Source: the human T2T-CHM13v2.0 reference genome, Homo sapiens
DNA: 64,000 bases
Assembly (NCBI RefSeq): GCF_009914755.1
Contig: NC_060947.1
Reading direction: 5' to 3' (one strand)
Under the pieces are notes generated by a model. It did no database searches and was not told the origin of the DNA. It saw only the letters and a program-made list of their open reading frames with translations. Positions 1-15,359 of the stretch are shown here, in pieces; the first letter of the stretch is position 1; every line of letters starts with the position of its first letter. The translations under genes were made by a program, and so were the position numbers.

Positions 1-740
1 TGGAGGACTAGGAAAATAGGACCCAGGAACAAAACTTGCCTTTCTGATACCTTGACTGTAGACAGAATTGAGAGAATACAACTGGAGATAAAAGAGAGCT
101 TTTAGCAGGTATCAGATTCAATAATTTCATGAATGCATTTTCTAGCAAGTATCTGTAGTGCAGATATTTTATGTCCTTGGTATGCTTTGGATATATTTAG
201 ATGTAGTTTGTTGCCTTGTTTTAGGAGTCCAAGTTGTATACCTACCTGGACAGAGAGCTGTCTACTACAGTTCAGGCAGGGCAACAGAATTACCTGCAGG
301 CTAAACTACTCTTCTCCTCATAAAAGAGATTGAATAAAAAGCCTACAATGACAGTCCACTGCCCAGTGAATCAAGACCAACTCCAAAATATGTTATTCAA
401 GGTCAACAAAGCCCTAACCTACCTTTTCTGCCCAATCTCCCACTACTCCTCCTCTGTACTCTAGCCAAATGAAAATACTGTTTCCCAAATCTGCTCTGCT
501 CTGTCCTGACTCTGAGCTTTTGTTACTGCTATATCCTCTACTGAAATACCTTCCCTCACCATTTGTGTCCATCAAAAATCCCACCTATCCCTCAAGGTCC
601 TGCAGTTATCCATGAAACAGCCCCTACTTCCTTGAGTCAGAGGCAAACATTCCTGCCTCCATTCTAGCACAGGACTTTGTACTCCCTCACAGCACTTATC
701 TCTCTGACCACTCTTTTGTTTAAATACCACACCAACGCAA

Positions 741-1052
741 TAACATGGATGAATCTCAACTGCATTTTGCTAAGTGAAAGAAGTCAGACACAAAAAGCTA
801 CATGTATATGACAATCCAGAAAAGGCAAAAACCATAGGGAAAGAAAACAACTGAGTAGTTACCAGGGATTAAAAGTGGGAAGGGGTTTTGACTATAAAGG
901 CATAGCATGAGGGAGTTTTTGTGGTAATGAAACCATTCTATATCTTGACTGTGATGGTAGTGGTTAAATGACTGTATATATTTGTAAAAACTTATATAAC
1001 CATATACTAAAAAGGGTGAATTTTACTCTATGTAAATTATACCTCAACAAAA
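741..1052 (+). mobile_element. Old L1M (L1MB-ME type) 3'UTR fragment
   Basis: aacatggatgaatctcaa...gctaagtgaaagaagtcagacacaaaa...tgtaaattatacctcaa is typical of old L1 3' ends. Confidence 0.75.
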
Positions 1053-1364
1053 ACGTTAGGAAAAAATCATACCAGCTAGGCAGCAAACTAGATAGCCTGC
1101 CCTCAAATTCTTGCCAATCATTTACTTGCACTTCAAGTGATGTGCCAGAGCAAGATCTGTGGCTACAAAAAAGATACATGGTCCCTTCTCTCAAGAAACT
1201 GTCTCTAATGAAGGAGATAGGCATGTAAGTAAATAAATGCAATATAGTATGAAAGATGCCATATATATTATGTGTAAAATACAGTGAAGAGGTAAAGGAG
1301 GAAGTGGTCAGATTGACTTAGATTGTTGAAGGCCTAGAATTCCAGGTTAAGAAATTTATATATT

Positions 1365-1664
1365 GCCGGTCACGGTGGCTCATGCTTGTAATCCCAGCAC
1401 TTTGGGAGGCCGAGGCGGGCAGATCACGAGGTCGGGAGATCGAGACCATCCTGGCTAGCACGGTGAAACCCCGTCTCTACTAAAAATATATAAAAATTAG
1501 CCTGGCGTGGTGGCGGGCGCCTGTAGTCCCAGCTACTCAGGAGGCTGAGGCAGGAGAATGGCGTGGACCCGGGAGGCGGAGCTCGCAGTGAGCCGAGATC
1601 GCCTCACTGCACTCAAGCCTGGGCGACAGAGCGAGACTCCGTCTCAAAAAAAAAAAAAGAAAGA
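1365..1664 (+). mobile_element. AluY
   Basis: Diagnostic gagatcgagaccatcctggct and ggagaatggcgtg; CpG-rich; A tail; TSD AAGAAATTTATAT at 1349-1361 and 1665-1677. Confidence 0.95.
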
Positions 1665-3671
1665 AAGAAATTTATATTGTATTCAATATGCAATGAAAAG
1701 TGACATAATCATAGCTAGGTTTTAGAAAGTATAATCTGGCTGTAATATGAAGGATGATTTGGAATAGGGAAGAGACTAAAATCAATTAGAAGGCTATTTA
1801 CAATAATCTAAAAAAAATTAATATCACTTCTCTTTTCTAGTAGTAGACAATTGAGATCAGACTGTGCTTTCAATTAAAGCTTATATTGCTGATAATCTAG
1901 ATATGTGAAAGTAAAAACAAAGAGAGGACCCACAGATCTTTTCTTGATACCGTTAATAGGGTTAACTCTTAATTTAACTTGTCGCATTCATGTTTTTATC
2001 TTCCCCAGCAAATTTGTAGGACTTTGTAGACAGCAGAAGCTCTAAGAATGTTTATTCTAATGAATAGAGCAGATGAATTTTATTTTAAATCACTGAAACT
2101 CCAAAATAGAAAATTATAATACCTCTATGCCCAATGATAGTTACTGCTTACAATTTTATGTTAGAAATCCCAGAGGGTTAAGGTTGATAAAAATGTTTTG
2201 TTCCTTAATTTGTATACTTAATGTAAAGATTAAGTGGGATTCGTCTAGCACATTTTTCCCTAGCAATACTGTTTCATTGAAAGTCTTCTATTCTTTACTT
2301 ATTCACTGCTACCTATTACAACTTGCAATGAGTGACAAGGGTAAGATTCTGTTGCAAACTGGACAATAGCAGGCAGTATAAATCTACTCTTTAGTAGACT
2401 ACTCTTAAGCAATTGATTATTGCCTCTGTCTTAGAACTTGGAAACCTCTGCCTAAAATGCCATACATGGGGCATATTGAAAGCACTGACACATGTTAGCC
2501 TGCTTACTGGAATGTGTGTACTGAAGAGTTTTTATTCTGTTTTAAATCTAACCAATAGAAGGCCCTAAAACCAGGAGGGAGCTATGCCCTAAACACCGTA
2601 TAGAGGCCAAACATATGCTCTCATCAGGTCTCTAAATACCTCCATCATCACCTAAGAAAACTAAGACATTTAATGAACTAGTGGGATCATTGAAGATAAA
2701 CTTAATGAGCCTCTTCTTCAAACAAACAAGAGCTTCAGGGTTTCAATTTCTGCCCTCTTTTTCCCCCTCTCGAAAATCAAACATTGCTGAGCCACTTCCT
2801 TGCCTCTGATAAAAGACTTTCTGTGGCTCTAGAGTTGGCAGCATCCAGAATGTTCAACAGTCACAGATTTCTGTGTCTGAACTAGTTTACTATGAAGAAG
2901 ATAAAATATTTTGATGTTAACTGCACCCAAAGCTACACAGAGACAGCTTAGAAAAAATGTACCTCCCCCCACCCCCCAGCTAATTGGAAGATTGTCAGCT
3001 AAGGGAGATGTGATTTTATAGATGCCAGGGTGTGCTCTGATTCAATGCATCTGGGCTTTTTTTTCCTTTTGATGTTCCCGTTAGTATTTTCCCCATTAAA
3101 GTTCTTGTACTTTATACTGCATGATTTGTGGTGAAGTCAAAACCGAAGTCATTTTTGTAGCTATAAAATACCTTATTGTTGAAGGCCTGCTTGTTCCTTG
3201 CCTGTTTCCTGCTACCAACATAACCGTAACACTTGTCTAATTCTGGTGTGACAGAACTTAATTATTCTGTGAATCATGAGTGGCAAGGCAGCCAATTTCA
3301 GTTGTCCCAACTACGTGCTAGCACCTGGTCACTTATTGCCAGATACTTGTTTACTCCGAGTTATTGATCAAGTTTGAGTCCTGTGCAGCTGCCACTAATC
3401 CTAATGCATATAGTTGGCAGCTGTGAATTTGTGACTTTGCCCCCTTGGAATACAAAGGCAGCCTTTGCCCACACTCATGAAGGCTTTAACTTCTAAAGGG
3501 TAAGTCTTAGCTTAATAGGTGATTGTGATTACATACTACAGTAGAAGGACGTTTATTCATAAATTATTTTTTCAGGAGCCCCAGCCTTATTAGAAATTAT
3601 CCAGTTAGGTTTCTATCAGAAAAGAATCCCATTGCCTGTAGATTAAAAAAAAAAATTACTGCCCATGGGCA

Positions 3672-3960
<289 letters not shown>

Positions 3961-4823
3961 CCATGGGCACTTTTAATAACTTAATTTCTCCCTAATTTAC
4001 TAAACTGATTTTATCCATGCCTGACAGGTCCACTTCCTTCTACAGCTCTTCTCTCATTTGTCCTAGGCAATGGCAAGATCATAGATATTTATTTTAGATA
4101 TACTATCTGATTTGTTAGGCTTTCATCTAATGGAATATTAAGTGATTCAAAATATATCTGTTCAATTTTTTACCAGTAGTATTACTATTTTAGTTGAGAA
4201 AGAAGAAACAGAGACTCCCTCAATGTCACATAACCAGTCAACAGCAGAGTTAAAAATAAGAACAGAGACTAAAATAGGGGGGATTCTGTGGATCTAGTAT
4301 ACTGAGTGTCATACTGGATCTGATGAATGGATTGGAAATGAACCTCAAATACGTGGTCATATTTGCAGGGCATAGTTCATTAAAAACATTTTCCTATCCC
4401 ACTTTCCCCAAATAGTTGTTTTTCTTTCTTTAATAAGATATACAGAAATTCTCTTGTGGTCACAGGTTTAATTCTTTTGGAATCTTCACCTTACTGGAAA
4501 CCTGAAAAGGAAAGATAGGAGACTGCATGAGACAAGATGTTTCCGAGGTAGGTTTGCCCAATACCAGAGTGGGGAGTAAAGACCACTCATCTCCATAGTT
4601 CCTTCCAGCACCTCCCTTGCTCAACTTACCCCCATGCCTTGGGCCTTTCCCCACTCTTTATCCCTCTCCTTCTCAGCAATCTGTGATCCTCTCAATCACC
4701 TCCCTAAACTCAAGATAGCTAATTTGATCTCCCAGTAGCAATCAAGTGCATACAATTTAGCTCAAGTTTTCTGCAATGACCTCCACCAACACAATTTCTT
4801 TCTTTCTTATTTAAAAATATATA

Positions 4824-4955
4824 TTTTTTATGTTTTGTAGAGACAGGATCTCGCTATGTTGCCCAGGCTGGTCTCAAACTCCTGGGCTCAAGCAACTCTC
4901 CTGCCTCAGCCTCTCAAAATGCTGGGATTACAGGCATGAGCCACCACACCCGGCC
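4824..4955 (-). mobile_element. FLAM / free left Alu monomer
   Basis: Left-arm-only Alu sequence with J-type ctcctgggctcaagc. Confidence 0.85.
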
Positions 4956-5094
4956 TCATAATCTCTGTTATCTAGGATTTCTGGGCTGCTCAGCAGGATT
5001 CTGGTGAGGGGGTTCTTAGCATGGTAAAATGTGTGGCTGAAGAACACCCATTTTTTCCACCTTGTAATAATGTTCTCCCTATGTATGTGTAGAG

Positions 5095-5340
5095 GTAGTA
5101 TAGCAGAATGAAAACAGCATGGAATTTGGAGTCATACATACCCCTGTGTGAATTCCAACCCCACCACCTACCAGCTGTGTGACCTTCAGCAAGATACTTC
5201 ATTTTTCTGAGTCTCATTTTCCTCATCTGAAAAAATGTAAATTATAATAGGATATCATTACCTGTTGTGAAAATCAAATGATAACATTAATATATGTAAA
5301 GTACCTGGCCCATAGTAGGCTCTCAATGGTAGTTATTAAA
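5095..5340 (+). mobile_element. MIR
   Basis: MIR core gctgtgtgaccttcagcaag...ctcattttcctcatctgaaaaa, then aaatgataa...aaagtacctggcccatagtaggctctcaa. Confidence 0.8.
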
Positions 5341-6224
5341 GTTATGGATATGAAAAGATTGTTCTTAGTTTTAGATACAGCGTATCTACTGTTTGTAAAG
5401 CCACTCTCTGTAATTCTGTCCTTTCTTTGGGTGCATGAAAGTTTTGCTTTAAAAAAAGAATCCCTGTTTCCTAATGGTTGTATACTAACTTGAGCTGACC
5501 GAGGTTTAATCTTCATTTGCAAGTGACATTATGTTATTTGGAAGTATGCTGTTGGCATCATGCTTTGGCTTTTCATTTTGTTTTGTTGACTGCTTCTTCT
5601 CTCCACACACCCACCATTTTCTTCTTGCTATCTACATAGAGCAGCTGCCTGGAGTGGAGATTTATTGTCATCCCTTGTCTACACATTCTCTATACCTATG
5701 TTGTCGAGCTGTGTATCCAGCATCACTTAGATGCCAGGATACCGTTTGTCCCAAGTTGTGCTTTGCCATTCATTTAATGGTGAGAAGCCAGATATAGTGT
5801 CTCATTCCTTGCAAACATATTAAAAGCTGAACACTATCATCCATCTCAACATCTCTATAGAGTCGGTGTGATGGGAAACTAAATCTGCCACAATGGTTCC
5901 CTGCTGTTGCTCCTGCAGAATGCTGCTCTGTTTATCAGTTCATCATTAAATAGTGAAGTGCTCAGGGCAGCTTTCAGTTTAGTATTGCTGATACAAATAT
6001 TTAGCAGGGTAGGCCTTTGTGGTAGGATTTGAAGAATTCAAAAAGGCTCCTGGCCCATATATATCCTGGCCCATATATATCTCCCTCAATGGTCACAGTG
6101 CCTGAAATGCATACAAGAGATATTTCACTTGAACTTTCTCTTTTTGGTATAAAGCAACATCCAAATGCGAATGGCACTCTCCAGAGGGAAAATAGTTAAG
6201 TCATTATCAGCTATTAATACTTAA

Positions 6225-6410
6225 GAGTCAGAACGGCATTGGAATCCTTCTTCTGTTCCTAGCTATATGGATTTTGGCAGGTTGCTGTAATTCTCTCTGG
6301 GCCAGTTTTCCCTTCTGTAAAACTGTGGTTAATAATAGATACTTGTGAGGATTAAATGAGATAATGCATGTAAAACATATAGTAAATGCTCAATGAACAG
6401 TAGCTGTTAT
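6225..6410 (+). mobile_element. MIR
   Basis: cagttttcccttctgtaaaa...tgtgaggattaaatgagataatgcatgtaaa...agtaaatgctcaat. Confidence 0.75.
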
Positions 6411-6679
6411 TAGTCTTAGGGAGAGTAGGACTCCGAGGGAATATATTTGGGACTAGTAAATTTGATTTGTCAGATATAAGGTGAAGTCTGGTACAGGGGG
6501 ACTGCTCAGAGCAAAGGTCCTGGTGGAGTAGTGATATGGCCAGGGAGTAGCATGGAAACTCTGGGGGCCTGGGTTTGGAAGAGGAGGGTGGAAGGAAGAA
6601 GAAGGACTGAAACAGGGTGAAACTATACTTAAATTAACTTCCCAACAAGAAAAGTGTAGTCTTACTCAGGATGGGATGC

Positions 6680-6752
6680 TTGGTGAGGTAGTGAGCTCTG
6701 ACACTGGGAGTGTTCAAGCAGATGCTGGATGCTAGCTACCTGTCAGGAATAC
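6680..6752 (+). mobile_element. L3/CR1 (or MIR3) 3' fragment
   Basis: ggtagtgagctctgacactgggagtgttcaagcagatgctggat resembles the CR1-type tail. Confidence 0.55.
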
Positions 6753-6763
6753 TCTAGTCTACC

Positions 6764-6928
6764 CTAGGGCTCCTCAAACATATATACATGCAGATCCCCT
6801 GGGGATCATGTTAAAAGACAGGTTCCAAGTCAGTTGGTCTGGGTGGAACCTGTGATTCTGCATTTCTAACCAGCTCCCTGATGATGCTGATGCTCCTGAT
6901 CAACAGACCTCACTCTTGGTAGCAAGGC
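6764..6928. mobile_element. MER5A-like hAT-Charlie MITE
   Basis: ggggatcatgttaaaa...ggtctgggtggaacctgtgattctgcatttctaaccagctccctgatgatgctgatgct matches recalled MER5A. Confidence 0.8.
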
Positions 6929-7728
6929 TCTGTTGTAGTTAGAAAATAACTCACAGTGAAATAGAGGAATACGGTTGGGTAAAACCAGTGGGTTACCCAG
7001 GCAAGTCTCCATAGAGTGGAAGTACTTTGTTGCAGTCATGATCTACAATCTGGTTCTTAGCTTTGTAAGCCTCGAAATTTGATTGGTAGTATAACCAGAG
7101 ACTGGGTTTCTGGGGACTGACTCACACTTAACCAAATTCACGAGAGACCAATATATAAGCCAGAATGCCAGTTGATTAATTTATAATGAGAAGTACAACT
7201 TCCAAGTGGACCAGATACTAGTGTTTGCTAATCAGTACATTATCTCCCTGTAGGCATATTTACATGAGGAGCTAACTGATAATAAGTAGGGTTGCTCGGT
7301 GAGGATGAACTCAGAGCAAGGGGGGTTCATAGGATGATTTTAATGACTCACGTTATCAAGCTATGGTAGTCTGATACCTCCATTCCACAAGTGTCTAGAC
7401 CTCCAGAATAGTTCTGGAGATATTGGCCTCCTCACTAGTCTCTTTTTCATCAGTCTTGTCCTCATACAATCCATATGATCTCTTTAAGTTCAAATCTGGT
7501 CATACCATTCATTCGCTCCATTGACTTCAATATAAATTCACAATTTTAAACTCATTATTACAAAATGTTTAAAATACTGTATAAGAAAAGTAGGAAAAAA
7601 AGTACAATGAGCACCCATACACCCACCATCTAGATTTATCACTTGTTGTCATTTTGCCATATTTGCTTTATGTATGTGTATACACATGTGCATGCATATT
7701 GAGTCCGTACGCTTTAATATAATTTTCT

Positions 7729-9405
<1,677 letters not shown>

Positions 9406-10084
9406 GAAAAACATTAATAAATGTCTCTCTGAACTTCATTTTTGTAGCTATAAAATACCTTCTTTCTTCTGAACACATTGTTTCTTCAAAGTACAATATA
9501 GTTGGCTGTCATTCAGGTAATATCAATTGAATTTTGAATGCTCTTCACCAGCAAAATCAGACAATTTCTGGAATTGTACCATTTCTCAGAGGTGGTTGGT
9601 CCTACCCATTTTTCCCCTAGGTAATTTTTATCTCAGAGATTACCATCAGTATTTGGGGGTACCATGCTATTGGTCTCATATACCCACTTTGACCTCTAAA
9701 GTCCTTTTCAATACCTAAGAGTATATGTTTCACAAAATTGCACATTTATTTATGTTCTAGGTGTTGTTTGGTATATGATGTTAATTTTCCTCTAGGTTTC
9801 TCTCAAGCCATAAGAGTATCAAGTACAGAATTGGTCCATGCTTAATCTTTGTAAATAACATTGATTAAGTAAATGCTGGGCCAGGGATTGAGGGGAGTAA
9901 TTGATCAGAAATTTAACAAATGTTGAGCTGCATAAAGTAGACTGTATTTATTTGAACTGAAAAAGTGGCTAAGACTGAACATCTTGAACATCATTTTCTC
10001 TGATATTACCTCAAATTAAAACTTTAATATTATTTTAGAATTGTGTCTCTGAACCTGTTTAATAATTTTAACATGTTTTTTATA

Positions 10085-10225
10085 TTGCTAAGCATTGTTC
10101 TAAGTGCTTTATTACATGTATTAACTCATTTAATCATCTGAAAACTCTGTGAGGTAGGTGCAATTATTATCCCCCTTTTACAGATGATGAGGAAACTGAG
10201 CCACAGGGAAGTTCCCCAAGGTCAA
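10085..10225 (-). mobile_element. MIR
   Basis: ttaactcatttaatc...gtgaggtaggt...attatccccctttta cagatgatgaggaaactgag is the reverse MIR core. Confidence 0.8.
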
Positions 10226-10929
10226 AAGTTATTCATAACTATCAGACAGCAGGTATATTAATTCAGCTTAATTCAAGGCTCATTTGTTAACCATCTAGTA
10301 AATATAATAGTTGACAGGGTAGACAAAAATTGAATACTTAAGCAAGGATAAATCGTAATGTAATAATGCCATGAGTGAATCGCCTAGGCGAGTCAGGCTC
10401 CTTTCAGTTAGTGGGAAATGGAGAAAGATTATGTAGTTAAGGTCATGAATAGCGCAGGAACATCCGCTAGGGTAAGTCAGGTTTGTGAAAAATGCAGAAG
10501 AAAGGCTTGGTTCTGAGGTGTGTGAAAACAGTCATTCTTTTGTGAGGACTAAAATTAGTTTTAGAAGAGGCATCTGATGCGGTACATGAAACCTAGGGTA
10601 ACGGTGAGGAAATACACATGTATGAGGCTTCTTAGGAGCAGGGAAAGAGAAAGGTGCCATTTGAAGTCAGTAAGAAAGGGTAACAGCGCGCTTTTCCTGC
10701 CCTTCCCCCCTCTAGAGAATCAGTAAATAGCCTGATTCTACTCAAATTCCTTCCCTACCCAAATTCCCTTGACTACAACTCAGACCCTTTGGATCTGCGC
10801 TTTTTAGAAGTACTGTACTTCACATTCTGGCACCGTAAGCCCGAAATGTCCTTTAGGCAAATGTTAGGAGGGAAAAATGTATTCTTGCAATTCAAAACCG
10901 ACTCGAATCCTGCCAGAAAGCTTTATGTT

Positions 10930-11850
10930 TGCGGACTTTATCGTTCCTCGCCTGTCCGTTTTTTATAAAACGACGCGACACACCTAGCCACACAGCCTCA
11001 GATCCTATTCTAACATCGATCCATCCTGTTACCCTTTTAAGAGGCGGATCCCGCAGTGTCCTTTCCTCCCTCCCAGCCACCTCTACCCCCAGTCGGCTGG
11101 GCGGAGCTTCACGCTAAAGCCCCAGAGCCCGACGCGGCAGCCGCGGTAGCGGAGAAGACTGGAGCTCCGAGGAGCTGCATCTGCGGCAACCTGTGTGCTG
11201 ACGCTACGTGCCTCCTGGCTCCGACGTAGCTCGCAGCTCCCCAGTCTCACTCCATTCCTTCCCCACCTGGCGCGCACCTGCTCAAGACCAGGGTCCTGCC
11301 AAGCGCTAGGAGGGCGCGTGCCAGGGGCGCTAGGGAACTGCGGAGCGCGCGCGCCATGGGGCCGCCGCCTGGGGCCGGGGTCTCCTGCCGCGGTGGCTGC
11401 GGCTTTTCCAGATTGCTGGCATGGTGCTTCCTGCTGGCCCTGAGTCCGCAGGCACCCGGTTCCCGGGGGGCTGAAGCAGTGTGGACCGCGTACCTCAACG
11501 TGTCCTGGCGGGTTCCGCACACGGGAGTGAACCGTACGGTGTGGGAGCTGAGCGAGGAGGGCGTGTACGGCCAGGACTCGCCGCTGGAGCCTGTGGCTGG
11601 GGTCCTGGTACCGCCCGACGGGCCCGGGGCGCTTAACGCCTGTAACCCGCACACGAATTTCACGGTGCCCACGGTTTGGGGAAGCACCGTGCAAGTCTCT
11701 TGGTTGGCCCTCATCCAACGCGGCGGGGGCTGCACCTTCGCAGACAAGATCCATCTGGCTTATGAGAGAGGGGCGTCTGGAGCCGTCATCTTTAACTTCC
11801 CCGGGACCCGCAATGAGGTCATCCCCATGTCTCACCCGGGTGAGTGCAGC
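10930..11850 (+). promoter_or_regulatory. RNF128: CpG island / promoter and 5'UTR of RNF128
   Basis: Abrupt rise in GC and CpG density against an AT-rich, CpG-poor background; GC box GGGCGG at 11099-11104; overlaps the first coding exon. Confidence 0.88.
11356..11839 (+). CDS. RNF128: RNF128 (GRAIL) coding exon 1: signal peptide and most of the luminal PA domain
   Basis: ORF MGPPPGAGVSCRGGCGFSRLLAWCFLLAL...LALIQRGGGCTFADKIHLAYERGASGAVIFN...PMSHP matches the recalled RNF128 N-terminus and the PA-domain motif of the Goliath/GRAIL family. Strong Kozak context gcgcgccATGG. Donor CCG G|GTGAGT at 11839/11840; 484 nt, phase 1. Confidence 0.97.
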
Positions 11851-12719
11851 TACTAGATTGCACCCCTCCAGACCTCTGCCATGGCCAGTTTCTCTTATTT
11901 TCCTCATTGCCCTCCTCGTCCTATCCCCTTGCTCCGAAGGAAAGTGGGTGCTCTTTCTGTCCCCACGGAGTGGGGCAGGGTCCTCCCCGAGATTCACCAG
12001 GCCTGGGTGTTGGGCAAAAAAAAATCCTTCATTTGCCTCTCTGGTGGAAAAGGGTAAAACAAACCGGGTGCAGAGGCTGGCAAATCAAGGACTGTTTGAG
12101 CTCTTTGCGTTCCCTTTTCCTGGTTTTTCACAAGGGTGTCTAGCCTTGGATTAAGTGGTGGTGGGCATCGGGTCTTAAATGACCGAGGAGATCACCTGGA
12201 AATCTCTTCCTCACTCTGCTTTTTAACAACCTCAGACTGGCAGCAGATTTTCCCCTCCTCTCCCTGTTTTTCTCTCCATGTTTCCTGGGTATCAAATACT
12301 AGATTGTGCTACTGTGCCCTGTTAACCTCATTGCAATTTTGGTGGAAACTTTGCTTAGTTCTTGGGTTCTTCTCTGCCCAGTGGTCTCAAGTCCCAAGTG
12401 ACTTGGTATCAGTGCTTTTGTTTGCTTCTGAAAAATCTGATTTAGGTTATTGAGTTGCAAAACAGGTGACTAACGTTCTTGAAAAAGAAGAGGTTTCTGC
12501 ATGAGGATAGCAAAGGCCTAGACTTTGGAAAAAAAAATAGTCCAGGTAGTTCTTAAATTCTTGGAGATGGTATGAGGTTACTATTTTTCCCCGTCGGTTA
12601 TCCTTCCACAAACTTCCCTATTTGTGATTAGGTATCCATACCTTATGTATATAGTTATCCTAGACCCTAAAGGACAAAGGGGAAAAAAATGGAGAAAAAG
12701 AAAGAGACACGTGTAATAG

Positions 12720-12970
12720 CAGTGTATCATAGTTTTTAAGAGCTGGGCCTCAAGTCAGAGCTTGGTTTAAATTCCTACTCTGTTGCTTACTAGTCCTGTG
12801 ACCTTGGGCAACTTATTTCAAGTCTTAGAGTCTGGGTTCTCTCATCAGTCAAATGAGAATGAATAATAAGAAAACTTATCCACAAGTTTGCCTTCAGGAT
12901 AAAATGAAATAATGCCTTAAAGAGTTTAGTGCAGTAAAGCACATCATCCACTCTCAGTAAGGGTTAGCTG
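12720..12970 (+). mobile_element. MIR
   Basis: ttcctactctgttgcttactagtcctgtgaccttgggcaactta...ctcatcagtcaaatgagaat. Confidence 0.75.
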
Positions 12971-13092
12971 ATAGGATTAGCCTTCTGGGAGTCACTGGAA
13001 GGAAGAAGCTGCTTATTTGACTACTGGAGGTTTTCTGTTTTTCTTAAAACCTTATGACTGAACCTGCCTAGAGAGCACTTGTATTGAGTGGC

Positions 13093-13310
13093 TGGATGGC
13101 GTAATGGAAAGAACACTGAATTGGAACTCAGGAGATTTGAGTTCTTTTAGCCCCTTCTTTGCCTCTACCGACTTTGTAACCTTGTACAAGTTACTCACAT
13201 GTCAAATGATTGTATAGGCAGTGGAGGCCAAGTTAGAAGCGTGTACTGAAACAAAACAAAAGTAGATGAACTCTAAGATCCCTTTCAGATCTAAAATGCT
13301 ATGATTTTTA
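13093..13310 (+). mobile_element. MIR (MIR3/MIRc-like)
   Basis: gcgtaatggaaagaacactgaattggaactcaggag...tagatgaactctaagatccctttcagatctaaaatgctatgatt. Confidence 0.7.
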
Positions 13311-13671
13311 GTTTTTATATTGATTAAAGGAGAAACTGTATCTCTCTTGGCCGATAATTCATTGATTAGAATGAATCAGTAGCTTTTAGAAGTTACTGAA
13401 AATCAAGAATAAAGACCTAATAAAGTTTATAGTCTTTATATTTCAGTTGACTGTCTAATAGCAAGGGTTTGACTTTGTCTTCTAATGAGATTCATTTGCA
13501 TGAATGATTTGTAATTGAAGAGTATTTAATTACAGAGTCCTACTTAGACCATTTTCCTTTTACTTCTGTTAAGGGTATTTATCTGATAGTTTTAGGAGAC
13601 AATAAAATTAACTTTTGCTTGGCTCCCACTATATGCCAGGCACTCTACATACATATTACTTATACTTTATT

Positions 13672-13860
13672 GAGAGGCAATATGGTGTACTAAGAAAAAC
13701 ACAGGCATTTTAGTCAAGATTGGGAATAAAATTCTGGATTTACCACACAATAGCTTTGTGTCCTTGGTAGGATTATTTAACTTTACTGAGCCTTGGATAC
13801 CCCATCTGTAAGATGGAGATAATATTTATGTTGCTGTGATTATTAAGGATTATATATATA
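13672..13860 (+). mobile_element. MIR
   Basis: gaggcaatatggtgta...ctgagccttggataccccatctgtaagatggagataata. Confidence 0.7.
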
Positions 13861-15359
13861 TATACTACCCAGCTGATAATAGTCACTGAATGTTATAATA
13901 GGTTAATGCTAACAGGATGCAAAAAAATAATGTACAAATGTATGATTGTGCAACTGTCGATTTGAAGACATGAATACACTGAGAATCTAACTATGGGTGT
14001 TGTGTTTCAGGATACCATATAGGAATAAAGCCCTAAATATTGATCACTAAATTACACTACATTCAGAAAAGCATTTTGATACTTTAAAAACAATATTATC
14101 TGAGATAAAGGCTATACCAAAGTTTGCCATCAAGCTAACTAGATAAAACCAGCAAATTACTTGAGGTAAGGAATCACATTTCTCCTTGAACTCCTGGAAA
14201 AACTATTTTTCAATATAGGGGGAAAATCACTGCATATTATCCACATGTGTTATTGAATATTTGTTTGCAAAGTGTTATATTGTTTGCTTTACTCATTCCT
14301 CAGAGTAAGCCTAGGGTTTCCTTTTAACCTCTGGTCAAAAACTTATCTTGGATCATAGTGGCAGAGAGATAGGACTGAGATTTAAGTATGGATTAGTTCA
14401 TTATATATTGCTGTGAATTACGAAGGGGCCACCAAATGTGGAAAAGCCTTCTGTATCTTCTTTGTTTACAAAATCTCTCTTCACTCACTCTCATAGGGGC
14501 CTGCACTTGAATTGTTTGCCCTTGGTTAGAGTTTGTGCTGAGTGTCTATATTCCCACCTAACTAATTTAGAACAGTTGCTTTAAAATTTTTGTTTAGGAG
14601 AAAGAAACTCCACTATATAAGAGCAATCAATTAGGAAAATGAGACTTTTATGTATACCAAAATTTTTCAAAAGTTAATTGTAGCCTAACATCAACTCATG
14701 CAGTTTATTTCTGTATTTTGTTTGCAGAGTATTCAGAAAATTCTGATTCACACAGATAAATAATTGCAAATGACAGATGCTTATTGGCAGTTTGGCTTGC
14801 AATCTCTGGATATATTTCAATCAAATCAGTGCAGAAACCTGAAAGGAAATTAGGAGAAAATTTTTATTCCAAAGTGTAATTACTATTCAAATTTCTTATC
14901 TTAAAAATGAAAGTCAGATAAGTGGCCAAATCTTAAAGTAAGCATTAAAACCATCTAAAATGTAAGATTGTCACGAGACACGTTAAGCATGTTCTCACTA
15001 TTGCACAACAAACTGTTCTGCTTACGCCAGGCAGATGGGCCTGAGCTTTGCCTGGTGTCTAATTGAGCACAACCCACAGGTTGAAGAGATATGTATACTT
15101 GCTTGTACAATTTTCCTTGAGTCAACATTGTAGGCATGAATTTATTGAAAGACTGGTGCAGAACTACAACCTTCATAATTCATGAAACATTTACAACGTT
15201 ATGCATAAAACATATGCAAAGGGATGTCAGGAGAAGCATTATTCCTGAGGGCTGTAAAAAAAAAAAGTGAATGAACCAAGCAGTTTAATTAATGATTTGG
15301 GGGTCTCCAATGGGATACAGTTTGATATATAACACAGTTGCTTGTGTACATTGTTGAAA

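Noticed and set aside
10961-10970. TTTTATAAAA as a TATA box
   Set aside because: About 390 bp upstream of the ATG in a CpG-island promoter; the TSS cannot be located from sequence alone.
11083-11997. 304-aa minus-strand ORF and other overlapping ORFs at the CpG island
   Set aside because: Shadow ORFs of GC-rich RNF128 exon 1 where stop codons are scarce; no recognisable domain.
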